Assembly (NCBI GenBank): GCA_964016885.1 | Contig: OZ024743.1 | Coordinates: 27,528,001 to 27,592,000, forward strand | Reading direction: 5' to 3' | DNA from: Eledone cirrhosa | Lineage: Eukaryota | DNA: 64,000 bases | Shown: positions 39,994-53,280 of the stretch, piece by piece | Position numbering within the stretch: the stretch's first letter is position 1 | How the letters are laid out: each line of letters begins with the position of its first letter | Notes under the pieces: generated by a model | What the model was told of the DNA's origin: nothing | What the model saw: only the letters and a program-made list of their open reading frames with translations | Databases searched by the model: none | Program-made: the position numbers and the translations under genes

Positions 39994-42440
39994 CAAATAA
40001 CGAAACGAAATTAAATTTCGTTTCATTTGTAACTCACTTTTGTATGACTGATGCTTAAACAATTAAGTTAAAGATGTACATCCATATATGTATACTGAAA
40101 TACTAGTATGTATATGAATACACACACGTATACATATGTAGATGTACCAAGTTTTTTCACTGGTCACTTTACTGTGAGTGGCCAGCTATTCTGTATGTAA
40201 ACACACAGACAAACCGGTTTTTAGAGTCATACTGGTTTTTGAGGAAACACCTTTCCTCTATTCTCCAGAAAGCCAGACAAGGAATATTGAACTAGTTTCG
40301 TTGTTGTTACAACTCATCAGCAATATTTACCTATCTTCCGGCCTCTCTAGAGAATCGTAAAAGCACATATCGTTATATGCTTTTTCAATGAAAATTAGTA
40401 GTGGGCATACTAATTTGCATAGAGTGTGAGTAAGTACCGGTTCAACGGAGACGATAAAAACAAATAACGAAACGAAATTAAATTTCGTTTCATTTGTAAC
40501 TCACTTTTGTATGACTGATGCTTAAACAATTAAGTTAAAGATGTACATCCATATATGTATACTGAAATACTAGTATGTATATGAATACACACACGTATAC
40601 ATATGTAGATGTACCAAGTTTTTTCACTGGTCACTTTACTGTGAGTGGCCAGCTATTCTGTATGTAAACACACAGACAAACCGGTTTTTAGAGTCATACT
40701 GGTTTTTGAGGAAACACCTTTCCTCTATTCTCCAGAAAGCCAGACAAGGAATATTGAACTAGTTTCGTTGTTGTTACAACTCATCAGCAATATTTACCTA
40801 TCTTCCGGCCTCTCTAGAGAATCGTAAAAGCACATATCGTTATATGCTTTTTCAATGAAAATTAGTAGTGGGCATACTAATTTGCATAGAGTGTGAGTAA
40901 GTACCGGTTCAACGGAGACGATAAAAACAAATAACGAAACGAAATTAAATTTCGTTTCATTTGTAACTCACTTTTGTATGACTGATGCTTAAACAATTAA
41001 GTTAAAGATGTACATCCATATATGTATACTGAAATACTAGTATGTATATGAATACACACACGTATACATATGTAGATGTACCAAGTTTTTTCACTGGTCA
41101 CTTTACTGTGAGTGGCCAGCTATTCTGTATGTAAACACACAGACAAACCGGTTTTTAGAGTCATACTGGTTTTTGAGGAAACACCTTTCCTCTATTCTCC
41201 AGAAAGCCAGACAAGGAATATTGAACTAGTTTCGTTGTTGTTACAACTCATCAGCAATATTTACCTATCTTCCGGCCTCTCTAGAGAATCGTAAAAGCAC
41301 ATATCGTTATATGCTTTTTCAATGAAAATTAGTAGTGGGCATACTAATTTGCATAGAGTGTGAGTAAGTACCGGTTCAACGGAGACGATAAAAACAAATA
41401 ACGAAACGAAATTAAATTTCGTTTCATTTGTAACTCACTTTTGTATGACTGATGCTTAAACAATTAAGTTAAAGATGTACATCCATATATGTATACTGAA
41501 ATACTAGTATGTATATGAATACACACACGTATACATATGTAGATGTACCAAGTTTTTTCACTGGTCACTTTACTGTGAGTGGCCAGCTATTCTGTATGTA
41601 AACACACAGACAAACCGGTTTTTAGAGTCATACTGGTTTTTGAGGAAACACCTTTCCTCTATTCTCCAGAAAGCCAGACAAGGAATATTGAACTAGTTTC
41701 GTTGTTGTTACAACTCATCAGCAATATTTACCTATCTTCCGGCCTCTCTAGAGAATCGTAAAAGCACATATCGTTATATGCTTTTTCAATGAAAATTAGT
41801 AGTGGGCATACTAATTTGCATAGAGTGTGAGTAAGTACCGGTTCAACGGAGACGATAAAAACAAATAACGAAACGAAATTAAATTTCGTTTCATTTGTAA
41901 CTCACTTTTGTATGACTGATGCTTAAACAATTAAGTTAAAGATGTACATCCATATATGTATACTGAAATACTAGTATGTATATGAATACACACACGTATA
42001 CATATGTAGATGTACCAAGTTTTTTCACTGGTCACTTTACTGTGAGTGGCCAGCTATTCTGTATGTAAACACACAGACAAACCGGTTTTTAGAGTCATAC
42101 TGGTTTTTGAGGAAACACCTTTCCTCTATTCTCCAGAAAGCCAGACAAGGAATATTGAACTAGTTTCGTTGTTGTTACAACTCATCAGCAATATTTACCT
42201 ATCTTCCGGCCTCTCTAGAGAATCGTAAAAGCACATATCGTTATATGCTTTTTCAATGAAAATTAGTAGTGGGCATACTAATTTGCATAGAGTGTGAGTA
42301 AGTACCGGTTCAACGGAGACGATAAAAACAAATAACGAAACGAAATTAAATTTCGTTTCATTTGTAACTCACTTTTGTATGACTGATGCTTAAACAATTA
42401 AGTTAAAGATGTACATCCATATATGTATACTGAAATACTA
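39987..42440 (-). repeat. 467-bp HHR array, left block (about 5.3 units, ribozyme strand is minus)
   Basis: An identical 60-aa ORF recurs every 467 bp (40178...42046); HHRs start at 40283, 40750, 41217, 41684 and 42151. Confidence 0.97.
40283..40327 (-). ncRNA. Minimal type I hammerhead ribozyme (first of 5 minus copies)
   Basis: Reverse complement of the motif at 42805-42849. Confidence 0.88.
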
Positions 42441-45400
42441 CTAAAAACCGGTTTGTCTGTGTGTTTACATACAGAATAGCTGGCCACTCACAGTAAAGTG
42501 ACCAGTGAAAAAACTTGGTACATCTACATATGTATACGTGTGTGTATTCATATACATACTAGTATTTCAGTATACATATATGGATGTACATCTTTAACTT
42601 AATTGTTTAAGCATCAGTCATACAAAAGTGAGTTACAAATGAAACGAAATTTAATTTCGTTTCGTTATTTGTTTTTATCGTCTCCGTTGAACCGGTACTT
42701 ACTCACACTCTATGCAAATTAGTATGCCCACTACTAATTTTCATTGAAAAAGCATATAACGATATGTGCTTTTACGATTCTCTAGAGAGGCCGGAAGATA
42801 GGTAAATATTGCTGATGAGTTGTAACAACAACGAAACTAGTTCAATATTCCTTGTCTGGCTTTCTGGAGAATAGAGGAAAGGTGTTTCCTCAAAAACCAG
42901 TATGACTCTAAAAACCGGTTTGTCTGTGTGTTTACATACAGAATAGCTGGCCACTCACAGTAAAGTGACCAGTGAAAAAACTTGGTACATCTACATATGT
43001 ATACGTGTGTGTATTCATATACATACTAGTATTTCAGTATACATATATGGATGTACATCTTTAACTTAATTGTTTAAGCATCAGTCATACAAAAGTGAGT
43101 TACAAATGAAACGAAATTTAATTTCGTTTCGTTATTTGTTTTTATCGTCTCCGTTGAACCGGTACTTACTCACACTCTATGCAAATTAGTATGCCCACTA
43201 CTAATTTTCATTGAAAAAGCATATAACGATATGTGCTTTTACGATTCTCTAGAGAGGCCGGAAGATAGGTAAATATTGCTGATGAGTTGTAACAACAACG
43301 AAACTAGTTCAATATTCCTTGTCTGGCTTTCTGGAGAATAGAGGAAAGGTGTTTCCTCAAAAACCAGTATGACTCTAAAAACCGGTTTGTCTGTGTGTTT
43401 ACATACAGAATAGCTGGCCACTCACAGTAAAGTGACCAGTGAAAAAACTTGGTACATCTACATATGTATACGTGTGTGTATTCATATACATACTAGTATT
43501 TCAGTATACATATATGGATGTACATCTTTAACTTAATTGTTTAAGCATCAGTCATACAAAAGTGAGTTACAAATGAAACGAAATTTAATTTCGTTTCGTT
43601 ATTTGTTTTTATCGTCTCCGTTGAACCGGTACTTACTCACACTCTATGCAAATTAGTATGCCCACTACTAATTTTCATTGAAAAAGCATATAACGATATG
43701 TGCTTTTACGATTCTCTAGAGAGGCCGGAAGATAGGTAAATATTGCTGATGAGTTGTAACAACAACGAAACTAGTTCAATATTCCTTGTCTGGCTTTCTG
43801 GAGAATAGAGGAAAGGTGTTTCCTCAAAAACCAGTATGACTCTAAAAACCGGTTTGTCTGTGTGTTTACATACAGAATAGCTGGCCACTCACAGTAAAGT
43901 GACCAGTGAAAAAACTTGGTACATCTACATATGTATACGTGTGTGTATTCATATACATACTAGTATTTCAGTATACATATATGGATGTACATCTTTAACT
44001 TAATTGTTTAAGCATCAGTCATACAAAAGTGAGTTACAAATGAAACGAAATTTAATTTCGTTTCGTTATTTGTTTTTATCGTCTCCGTTGAACCGGTACT
44101 TACTCACACTCTATGCAAATTAGTATGCCCACTACTAATTTTCATTGAAAAAGCATATAACGATATGTGCTTTTACGATTCTCTAGAGAGGCCGGAAGAT
44201 AGGTAAATATTGCTGATGAGTTGTAACAACAACGAAACTAGTTCAATATTCCTTGTCTGGCTTTCTGGAGAATAGAGGAAAGGTGTTTCCTCAAAAACCA
44301 GTATGACTCTAAAAACCGGTTTGTCTGTGTGTTTACATACAGAATAGCTGGCCACTCACAGTAAAGTGACCAGTGAAAAAACTTGGTACATCTACATATG
44401 TATACGTGTGTGTATTCATATACATACTAGTATTTCAGTATACATATATGGATGTACATCTTTAACTTAATTGTTTAAGCATCAGTCATACAAAAGTGAG
44501 TTACAAATGAAACGAAATTTAATTTCGTTTCGTTATTTGTTTTTATCGTCTCCGTTGAACCGGTACTTACTCACACTCTATGCAAATTAGTATGCCCACT
44601 ACTAATTTTCATTGAAAAAGCATATAACGATATGTGCTTTTACGATTCTCTAGAGAGGCCGGAAGATAGGTAAATATTGCTGATGAGTTGTAACAACAAC
44701 GAAACTAGTTCAATATTCCTTGTCTGGCTTTCTGGAGAATAGAGGAAAGGTGTTTCCTCAAAAACCAGTATGACTCTAAAAACCGGTTTGTCTGTGTGTT
44801 TACATACAGAATAGCTGGCCACTCACAGTAAAGTGACCAGTGAAAAAACTTGGTACATCTACATATGTATACGTGTGTGTATTCATATACATACTAGTAT
44901 TTCAGTATACATATATGGATGTACATCTTTAACTTAATTGTTTAAGCATCAGTCATACAAAAGTGAGTTACAAATGAAACGAAATTTAATTTCGTTTCGT
45001 TATTTGTTTTTATCGTCTCCGTTGAACCGGTACTTACTCACACTCTATGCAAATTAGTATGCCCACTACTAATTTTCATTGAAAAAGCATATAACGATAT
45101 GTGCTTTTACGATTCTCTAGAGAGGCCGGAAGATAGGTAAATATTGCTGATGAGTTGTAACAACAACGAAACTAGTTCAATATTCCTTGTCTGGCTTTCT
45201 GGAGAATAGAGGAAAGGTGTTTCCTCAAAAACCAGTATGACTCTAAAAACCGGTTTGTCTGTGTGTTTACATACAGAATAGCTGGCCACTCACAGTAAAG
45301 TGACCAGTGAAAAAACTTGGTACATCTACATATGTATACGTGTGTGTATTCATATACATACTAGTATTTCAGTATACATATATGGATGTACATCTTTAAC

Positions 45401-47741
45401 TTAATTGTTTAAGCATCAGTCATACAAAAGTGAGTTACAAATGAAACGAAATTTAATTTCGTTTCGTTATTTGTTTTTATCGTCTCCGTTGAACCGGTAC
45501 TTACTCACACTCTATGCAAATTAGTATGCCCACTACTAATTTTCATTGAAAAAGCATATAACGATATGTGCTTTTACGATTCTCTAGAGAGGCCGGAAGA
45601 TAGGTAAATATTGCTGATGAGTTGTAACAACAACGAAACTAGTTCAATATTCCTTGTCTGGCTTTCTGGAGAATAGAGGAAAGGTGTTTCCTCAAAAACC
45701 AGTATGACTCTAAAAACCGGTTTGTCTGTGTGTTTACATACAGAATAGCTGGCCACTCACAGTAAAGTGACCAGTGAAAAAACTTGGTACATCTACATAT
45801 GTATACGTGTGTGTATTCATATACATACTAGTATTTCAGTATACATATATGGATGTACATCTTTAACTTAATTGTTTAAGCATCAGTCATACAAAAGTGA
45901 GTTACAAATGAAACGAAATTTAATTTCGTTTCGTTATTTGTTTTTATCGTCTCCGTTGAACCGGTACTTACTCACACTCTATGCAAATTAGTATGCCCAC
46001 TACTAATTTTCATTGAAAAAGCATATAACGATATGTGCTTTTACGATTCTCTAGAGAGGCCGGAAGATAGGTAAATATTGCTGATGAGTTGTAACAACAA
46101 CGAAACTAGTTCAATATTCCTTGTCTGGCTTTCTGGAGAATAGAGGAAAGGTGTTTCCTCAAAAACCAGTATGACTCTAAAAACCGGTTTGTCTGTGTGT
46201 TTACATACAGAATAGCTGGCCACTCACAGTAAAGTGACCAGTGAAAAAACTTGGTACATCTACATATGTATACGTGTGTGTATTCATATACATACTAGTA
46301 TTTCAGTATACATATATGGATGTACATCTTTAACTTAATTGTTTAAGCATCAGTCATACAAAAGTGAGTTACAAATGAAACGAAATTTAATTTCGTTTCG
46401 TTATTTGTTTTTATCGTCTCCGTTGAACCGGTACTTACTCACACTCTATGCAAATTAGTATGCCCACTACTAATTTTCATTGAAAAAGCATATAACGATA
46501 TGTGCTTTTACGATTCTCTAGAGAGGCCGGAAGATAGGTAAATATTGCTGATGAGTTGTAACAACAACGAAACTAGTTCAATATTCCTTGTCTGGCTTTC
46601 TGGAGAATAGAGGAAAGGTGTTTCCTCAAAAACCAGTATGACTCTAAAAACCGGTTTGTCTGTGTGTTTACATACAGAATAGCTGGCCACTCACAGTAAA
46701 GTGACCAGTGAAAAAACTTGGTACATCTACATATGTATACGTGTGTGTATTCATATACATACTAGTATTTCAGTATACATATATGGATGTACATCTTTAA
46801 CTTAATTGTTTAAGCATCAGTCATACAAAAGTGAGTTACAAATGAAACGAAATTTAATTTCGTTTCGTTATTTGTTTTTATCGTCTCCGTTGAACCGGTA
46901 CTTACTCACACTCTATGCAAATTAGTATGCCCACTACTAATTTTCATTGAAAAAGCATATAACGATATGTGCTTTTACGATTCTCTAGAGAGGCCGGAAG
47001 ATAGGTAAATATTGCTGATGAGTTGTAACAACAACGAAACTAGTTCAATATTCCTTGTCTGGCTTTCTGGAGAATAGAGGAAAGGTGTTTCCTCAAAAAC
47101 CAGTATGACTCTAAAAACCGGTTTGTCTGTGTGTTTACATACAGAATAGCTGGCCACTCACAGTAAAGTGACCAGTGAAAAAACTTGGTACATCTACATA
47201 TGTATACGTGTGTGTATTCATATACATACTAGTATTTCAGTATACATATATGGATGTACATCTTTAACTTAATTGTTTAAGCATCAGTCATACAAAAGTG
47301 AGTTACAAATGAAACGAAATTTAATTTCGTTTCGTTATTTGTTTTTATCGTCTCCGTTGAACCGGTACTTACTCACACTCTATGCAAATTAGTATGCCCA
47401 CTACTAATTTTCATTGAAAAAGCATATAACGATATGTGCTTTTACGATTCTCTAGAGAGGCCGGAAGATAGGTAAATATTGCTGATGAGTTGTAACAACA
47501 ACGAAACTAGTTCAATATTCCTTGTCTGGCTTTCTGGAGAATAGAGGAAAGGTGTTTCCTCAAAAACCAGTATGACTCTAAAAACCGGTTTGTCTGTGTG
47601 TTTACATACAGAATAGCTGGCCACTCACAGTAAAGTGACCAGTGAAAAAACTTGGTACATCTACATATGTATACGTGTGTGTATTCATATACATACTAGT
47701 ATTTCAGTATACATATATGGATGTACATCTTTAACTTAATT

Positions 47742-47745
<4 letters not shown>
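42441..47745 (+). repeat. 467-bp HHR array, right block (about 11.4 units, ribozyme strand is plus)
   Basis: The same unit inverted; ORF repeats 42772...47442 at 467-bp spacing; ends in (TA)n. Confidence 0.97.
42805..42849 (+). ncRNA. Minimal type I hammerhead ribozyme (first of 11 plus copies, every 467 bp to 47475-47519)
   Basis: aatattg CUGAUGA gttg taacaa caac GAAAC ta GUU caatatt: stem I aatattg/caatatt, stem II gttg/caac, palindromic stem III aactagtt. Confidence 0.9.
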
Positions 47746-47781
<36 letters not shown>

Positions 47782-47789
47782 CAGATTAA

Positions 47790-47840
47790 AGTTTAAGCAA
47801 AGAATCGCTGCTTTCACCCTTAACGGGATCTTCTGAAACT
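47790..47840 (-). ncRNA. HHR-like motif with CAGAAGA core
   Basis: agttt CAGAAGA tccc gttaa gggt GAAA gca gcgattctt tgc UU aaact. Confidence 0.6.
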
Positions 47841-48778
47841 AACAAAGTCAATCTGTAAACGCAGAAGTGGATATTTCAAAAAACGTTGCAACCGGAGGAA
47901 GATAGGAAGACGATACTTTGGTTCGTGGACACGTTCCCTTGCAAAGAACGGGAAAAAACGAATATAATACGTCCTTAATAGGAGCGGTGAAAAACAATTA
48001 CGCGCAAAGACAGAACCACGTTTATGGTATAAAAGAGGTCGTAGACTAATGTTCTCTTAGGTGGTTCATAGAGACGTTCTCTGGCAATGAACGAAAAAAA
48101 CGAAGATAATACGTTATATGTGGAGCGTGGAGAACAATTGCACGCAAAGACAAAACCACGTAAATGGTATAGCAGAAGTCGTAGACAAAATTCTAACTGG
48201 GAGACCGAATGAATCTCCGCTACAGAGTTAAGAATAAAGTAAATAAATACAATACAGAGGTAATAGAAATTAAATAAATACATACACGCATACAAATACG
48301 TACATACACAAGCATACGCGAAAACACTTACCATAGGTATACAAAACCACGCACATATAAATATGTGTGTGTGTGTAAGCGTGTATACAAATAAATAAAT
48401 AATTAAAAAAACGTATATAAATAAATAAATACGTATATAACAAGCGCACACACATACCTACATGTAAATACACAAATGTTCGGAGACGTAAGTCAACCAA
48501 AACATGAAGTACACATATACACACACCCTACATACGTACGAGCCTGCATACTCACACAGACGCAAAACTCCCGTATACACATAACCAAACCATATGTACC
48601 AGAATATATAAAATTATACGCCATAACATATTCAATCAAATATACGTACGAGAAAGTATACGTACCTTCACAAAACATACAGGTAATATATAGTTACCTA
48701 TGCAAATAAGTAATGGTATAAAGAAAACATATACTTAGCTACCACACCAAGACGTAAAACATCCACGTATAGATCGTA

Positions 48779-49240
48779 CTATCCGTTAGGGTATAACGTG
48801 GGGCTGTAATACAGGAAAGTTTTGTGCAATTTATGTTTACAAGCCGAAATTGCCTCAGATTTTTTGTTTAAGATGTGGTTTGTGGTGTAGAGTATTTCCA
48901 GGGCCTCAGCGGCGCAGGGGTCACAAGGTCTTTTATTTCCGTTATACGATCTAGTCCTAGCTAGGATCTCCCAGTGTAACTTATATTGGGTGTGGTTGTC
49001 TTTTAGACTCCAGATATAAGCTGAAAGTGACGTAATATTCCTTCTTAGAGGGTAATGAAAAGAATGGGTATGCATGTAAAGACGCTGCTTGAATCTATTG
49101 GCGGTTAACCCTATGTAGGCCCTACGGGACGTGGGTGTTTCAACCTTACATTTGTAGACAATGTTACTAGAGAGGCATTTCCCGGATAGGGGACAATCAA
49201 CCCGATTCCCACAATTACAGTTAATACTAACTACAGGGTT
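48779..49240 (-). pseudogene. PLE GIY-YIG endonuclease
   Basis: NIVYKCKV..AYIGLTANRFKQRLYMH..LSAYIW..CDPC..LNKKSE..CKH. Confidence 0.88.
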
Positions 49241-49269
49241 GCACGTGTTCCTACGGCTAGGTAGTTTAG

Positions 49270-50736
49270 CTAAATTTGAAGCTGTGATGTTATGTGCAAG
49301 GTTAGGTGTCGTAGAGTAAGAAATTTTAATAGTATTTCTATTAAAAATATTACTATGTTTATGTGTAGGGGAAAATGCTTCGTAATAAGGGAAAGAAAAA
49401 TCTTAGCTAATGGTGTGGCCACCTCCATATTATATGGTGGGTTATACCAACAAATGCGACGGGATCTATTTCTTCTAGGTCTATTTTCGTACTCTGTATA
49501 TGCTACTTTATCGACAAATCCACTCCGAGCAAGAGCTTCATTGTAATAAGTGGAATGGTCGTTGAAAATATGCTCGTTAATAGATAGACGGAAAAGTCTC
49601 AACGAAACGTTTCTTACCAGGTTCTTGGTTATGCTGGCAGGATGGTTGGAATGCTTACTTATGTAATTAAGCGTATCATTCGGCTTTCTATACGGGTAAT
49701 ACAACCCATTCGATAAATTGAGGGTAACGTCGAGGTAATTAACGACCGAGAGATTGGCCTCAACCTGTATAGAGAGGTTGAAGACTTTAAAGAAGGCTGT
49801 GAGTTCTTTTCTGAACCTGTCGCAAGCACGAGGTCCGCACTTAGTCATGGTCAAAAGACCATCATCACGGTACAAACCACCGCCCGCGTTAGGGAATTCG
49901 TCCTTGATAGAGAAAAGAAGGAAAAGGCCGATAAGATCAGTAACCTCCGCAGAATCGCTGGCGCCCATACTCACGTCGAATGGGGTACTATTGGATTTTT
50001 TAATCCAAATAGAGTCGTCGAAATTAATCACCGACTTACGGGCATTGAGGATGACATCAACTTCGAAATCCTTAACCACTGTGAGTGTTTTAGCGAAATT
50101 GATAGCTCTAAGGAAAAGTGGTAAAGTGATGGAGGAGTAGTAATTGTTGATGTCGAATTGGATAAAACGGCAATGTTCCTTGTTACATATGCCGTTAGAC
50201 CAATCAATCACCGCGAAAGAATTGTTCCACAGTGCAAGAGGGGCCAAACTTCTAATTTCAGGTATAATTCTATCAAGAATCGTTTTACTAAGTCTACCTA
50301 AATCGGACTTCGTAGGGTTAATAAGCCGAATAGATGGGTTGTTCGCAAAATTGGATTTGTGATCCTTCAGGGTAAAGTGGGGAGAAATAGGGTCCAGAGG
50401 TTCGGTCCGGTCCAGGATGTTGAGATCAGATGTGATTTTAAACCCATCATCGTTGATTTCATTGATGACGCACCGATTAGTTTTACGGTAATCCTTAGTT
50501 ACAGCATTATGTAGTAGTTGATGGTAAGTACTGCGCTCCACTTGATATAGGTTGCCAGTTTTGTCGGAATGGACGTGCACGGCATTAGAATCCTTAATAG
50601 AACGAATTCTATTCTTCAGGTCCTGCTGGAAGGAACTGCTCCTATTCCGAAATTTGATACTCCGTATGAGTTCCAAGACATCATTTTCGAAGGGTAGCAA
50701 TGCTGGGTTACACGGGGGGTTATCTATTCTGTGCAA
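49270..50736 (-). CDS. PLE reverse transcriptase (488-aa ORF, frameshifted at the 3' end)
   Basis: SDKTGN, TLKDHK..RLINP, QFDINNYYSSI, FDVSMGASDSAEV, GLYRDDGL, YLDV, SNHP, WYNPPY. Confidence 0.9.
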   Translation of the reverse strand: MHRIDNPPCNPALLPFENDVLELIRSIKFRNRSSSFQQDLKNRIRSIKDSNAVHVHSDKTGNLYQVERSTYHQLLHNAVTKDYRKTNRCVINEINDDGFKITSDLNILDRTEPLDPISPHFTLKDHKSNFANNPSIRLINPTKSDLGRLSKTILDRIIPEIRSLAPLALWNNSFAVIDWSNGICNKEHCRFIQFDINNYYSSITLPLFLRAINFAKTLTVVKDFEVDVILNARKSVINFDDSIWIKKSNSTPFDVSMGASDSAEVTDLIGLFLLFSIKDEFPNAGGGLYRDDGLLTMTKCGPRACDRFRKELTAFFKVFNLSIQVEANLSVVNYLDVTLNLSNGLYYPYRKPNDTLNYISKHSNHPASITKNLVRNVSLRLFRLSINEHIFNDHSTYYNEALARSGFVDKVAYTEYENRPRRNRSRRICWYNPPYNMEVATPLAKIFLSLITKHFPLHINIVIFLIEILLKFLTLRHLTLHITSQLQI

Positions 50737-52872
50737 ACAAAGTTCTCTTCATAATAATTAAATCGAACGAAGAATTCATGTACCTCGTGCTTTCAACGAA
50801 TAGAATACGAAAGCCTTTTCGGAGTGGAGTAATGAACACATCCTGTTGTTATGGTGGAATATATTTCGAATACTTAATTCAATTTATTTTAGTGCGGACA
50901 CATGCGTATAGACTGGAAATATTATGCTGTACGATATTCACGCATTTTCAGAACCATTGACAAATTAAGAAAGTTGAATGTGTTGTGGCAGTCGTATTCA
51001 GTTGGCAATCAAATCAGAGTCATAATGTTTGATAACTTGAATCTTATAATCCGTGTTTTCATTAAAGTTTTTCCCAGACTAAAATTCTAATTGTATAATT
51101 ATTACAGGTAAAAGTAGTATTGTTCTGGTAGATATCTCACCAAAGTACGTTTTCTCCAGAGGTTAGGTATACTCCATAGTATACCTAACGGTTTGTTAAA
51201 TACAAGATATTTAATCTCAGATTGTAAATTGAACAATAGTTGTGGTCGACACTGCGAAGAAGATAGTTGTAATGGTTTAACACATAAGGAAGAAATATAA
51301 CAAGACAAGCCATGTTCTAATGGTTACCATATGAAGTTATCTTTAGTATGTGCTTTACGAGTGGTTTGTGTGATAAAGGCAAGTGATCTAGTGCTTATAA
51401 TTTTCGGCTCACGATCGCAAATCGTGATTTCAAATCTCAGCAATTCACTATTATCTGTTGCTCCTCTCTACTCAGCTGGCAAAAATGAGTTGCAGCTTCC
51501 AAGTCAAAGGAACCGCCTTGTTACACATTGTTTCACACTTAATCTCCCTGACAGATCATTCAAAGTACACAGGTCACTGGAATGTTCAGCTACTCGCGCG
51601 CTGATTTCACGGACAGGCCGCCCGTTGACCAAACAACTAGAATACTTTTTGTCAGAATCAACTGAGTTCCCAAGAGTGGCCACTATTTTTACAAAGTATA
51701 TTTGAATGAAGAGAAGGAAATAGATGTAATATTATTATTGTTTTGAAGGCATTTTGCCTCTACAACGACGTGTAGGAGAAAATATCTATGTAATTTCTTA
51801 TAGTGTGACAAGTTCGATGCAATAAACACTCCTACGCATTTTATTGATCCTGAAGCATGGTTTCTAGAAACTGTTGTACATTGGAAATAACAGAATAACA
51901 GAAATATACTTCGTTAATATAGCCATCAGTTAAAGTTAAAATAAAAAACTATAAAATACCAACATAAATGAAAAATTAAAAGTTCAGACTAAATTCAATT
52001 TATTGTGCATTAATCTTATCTGTCATTCGTCGATATACATTTTTATATCGCAAAATGCATGATTGTTTCCTTTTATTTTTAAAATTTATCTGTCCGTTTG
52101 AGCGTCATTTCGATTATGAGCAGCAGCTAGTTAAACAAATTTAACACATTGCTATCACTAGAATCACTAAGTTGTCCCATATCTAGAGCTGCTTAACAGC
52201 TGTTACTTGACCAAAAAGTTTCATATTTCCTCTACTTATTTGCTATGAGCTATTTTTATATTGCAATGTAAAATCCAACAGTTGTTGCTAATACATCTAT
52301 TGTATTAACAATTTGTGCAGAACATGCAACTCGCTGAACTTTAGGGTAGCATTCAATGTAAAATAAGAAACGTAATGAATATAAAAGCTCATTTACCGTA
52401 AGTATGTTTGAGTGAACCAGAAATATTTATATATTTATAACGACACAAAGAAAACGTTTCAATATATTTGCCTGACTTGATTGAAAATAAAAGGTCAGTG
52501 GATTCAATAACACATAACTAAAAAATATTTCCATAAATGAATTATGTATTGTCAATAATTAATTTAATGCCCAATGACCTATCATAGCAAACAATTTTTG
52601 AATAGTGGGTATTCATAGAAACCGAAGACGGCGGTTTAGCATCTCATCCTGTTGTGAAGGTGGCGCACTGGGAGTAGACTGAGTTGAAATATGTATAACA
52701 ATCAGTAAAGGTAAGTCAATTTCCTCACTTCTAATACTTGTGAATAAATAAATTGGACACATATATATGTATTATCTCCATGTATCTATTTTATATATCT
52801 ACACACTCACATACGTAAATACATATACACATACACACATACATACTTATATACACACATACCCACCCCCAT

Positions 52873-52959
<87 letters not shown>

Positions 52960-53173
52960 CATACATATGTGATGTATGTATATATAAACTGCTTGACCTA
53001 GTGCTGTTTAAATCGTCAGTCGCCTATAAAAGATTATGCGGTACTATGCCAAACTGTTAATATATACATTTAACTTCTACTATATATATGTGGTATTTCC
53101 TTTGTTCTACAATGATACACACACAAACACATAAATACATAAATACATACGGAAATGGAGAGAGAGAGAGAGA

Positions 53174-53214
<41 letters not shown>

Positions 53215-53280
53215 AGTGAGAGAGAGAAAACGAGAAGCACATACACACATACACACATACACATACAGAAATATATATTA

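Larger units (their letters stand above)
47773..50900 (-). mobile_element. Near-complete PLE (YRDD-type RT + GIY-YIG; probably Hydra-clade-like), frameshifted
   Basis: RT ORF 49270..50736, then CNC..CPLSGKC..IVY..AYIG at 49230-49080 and EN ORF 48779..49075; long 3' UTR ending at (TA)n. Confidence 0.9.

Noticed and set aside
40178-47624. Sixteen identical 60-aa ORFs (MASYSVCKH...)
   Set aside because: GTG start, antisense to the ribozyme strand and no recognisable motif; a by-product of the repeat.
50900-51750. ORFs upstream of the 47773 PLE (for example 51331..51705)
   Set aside because: No recognisable motifs; they could be PLE 5' sequence but cannot be supported.
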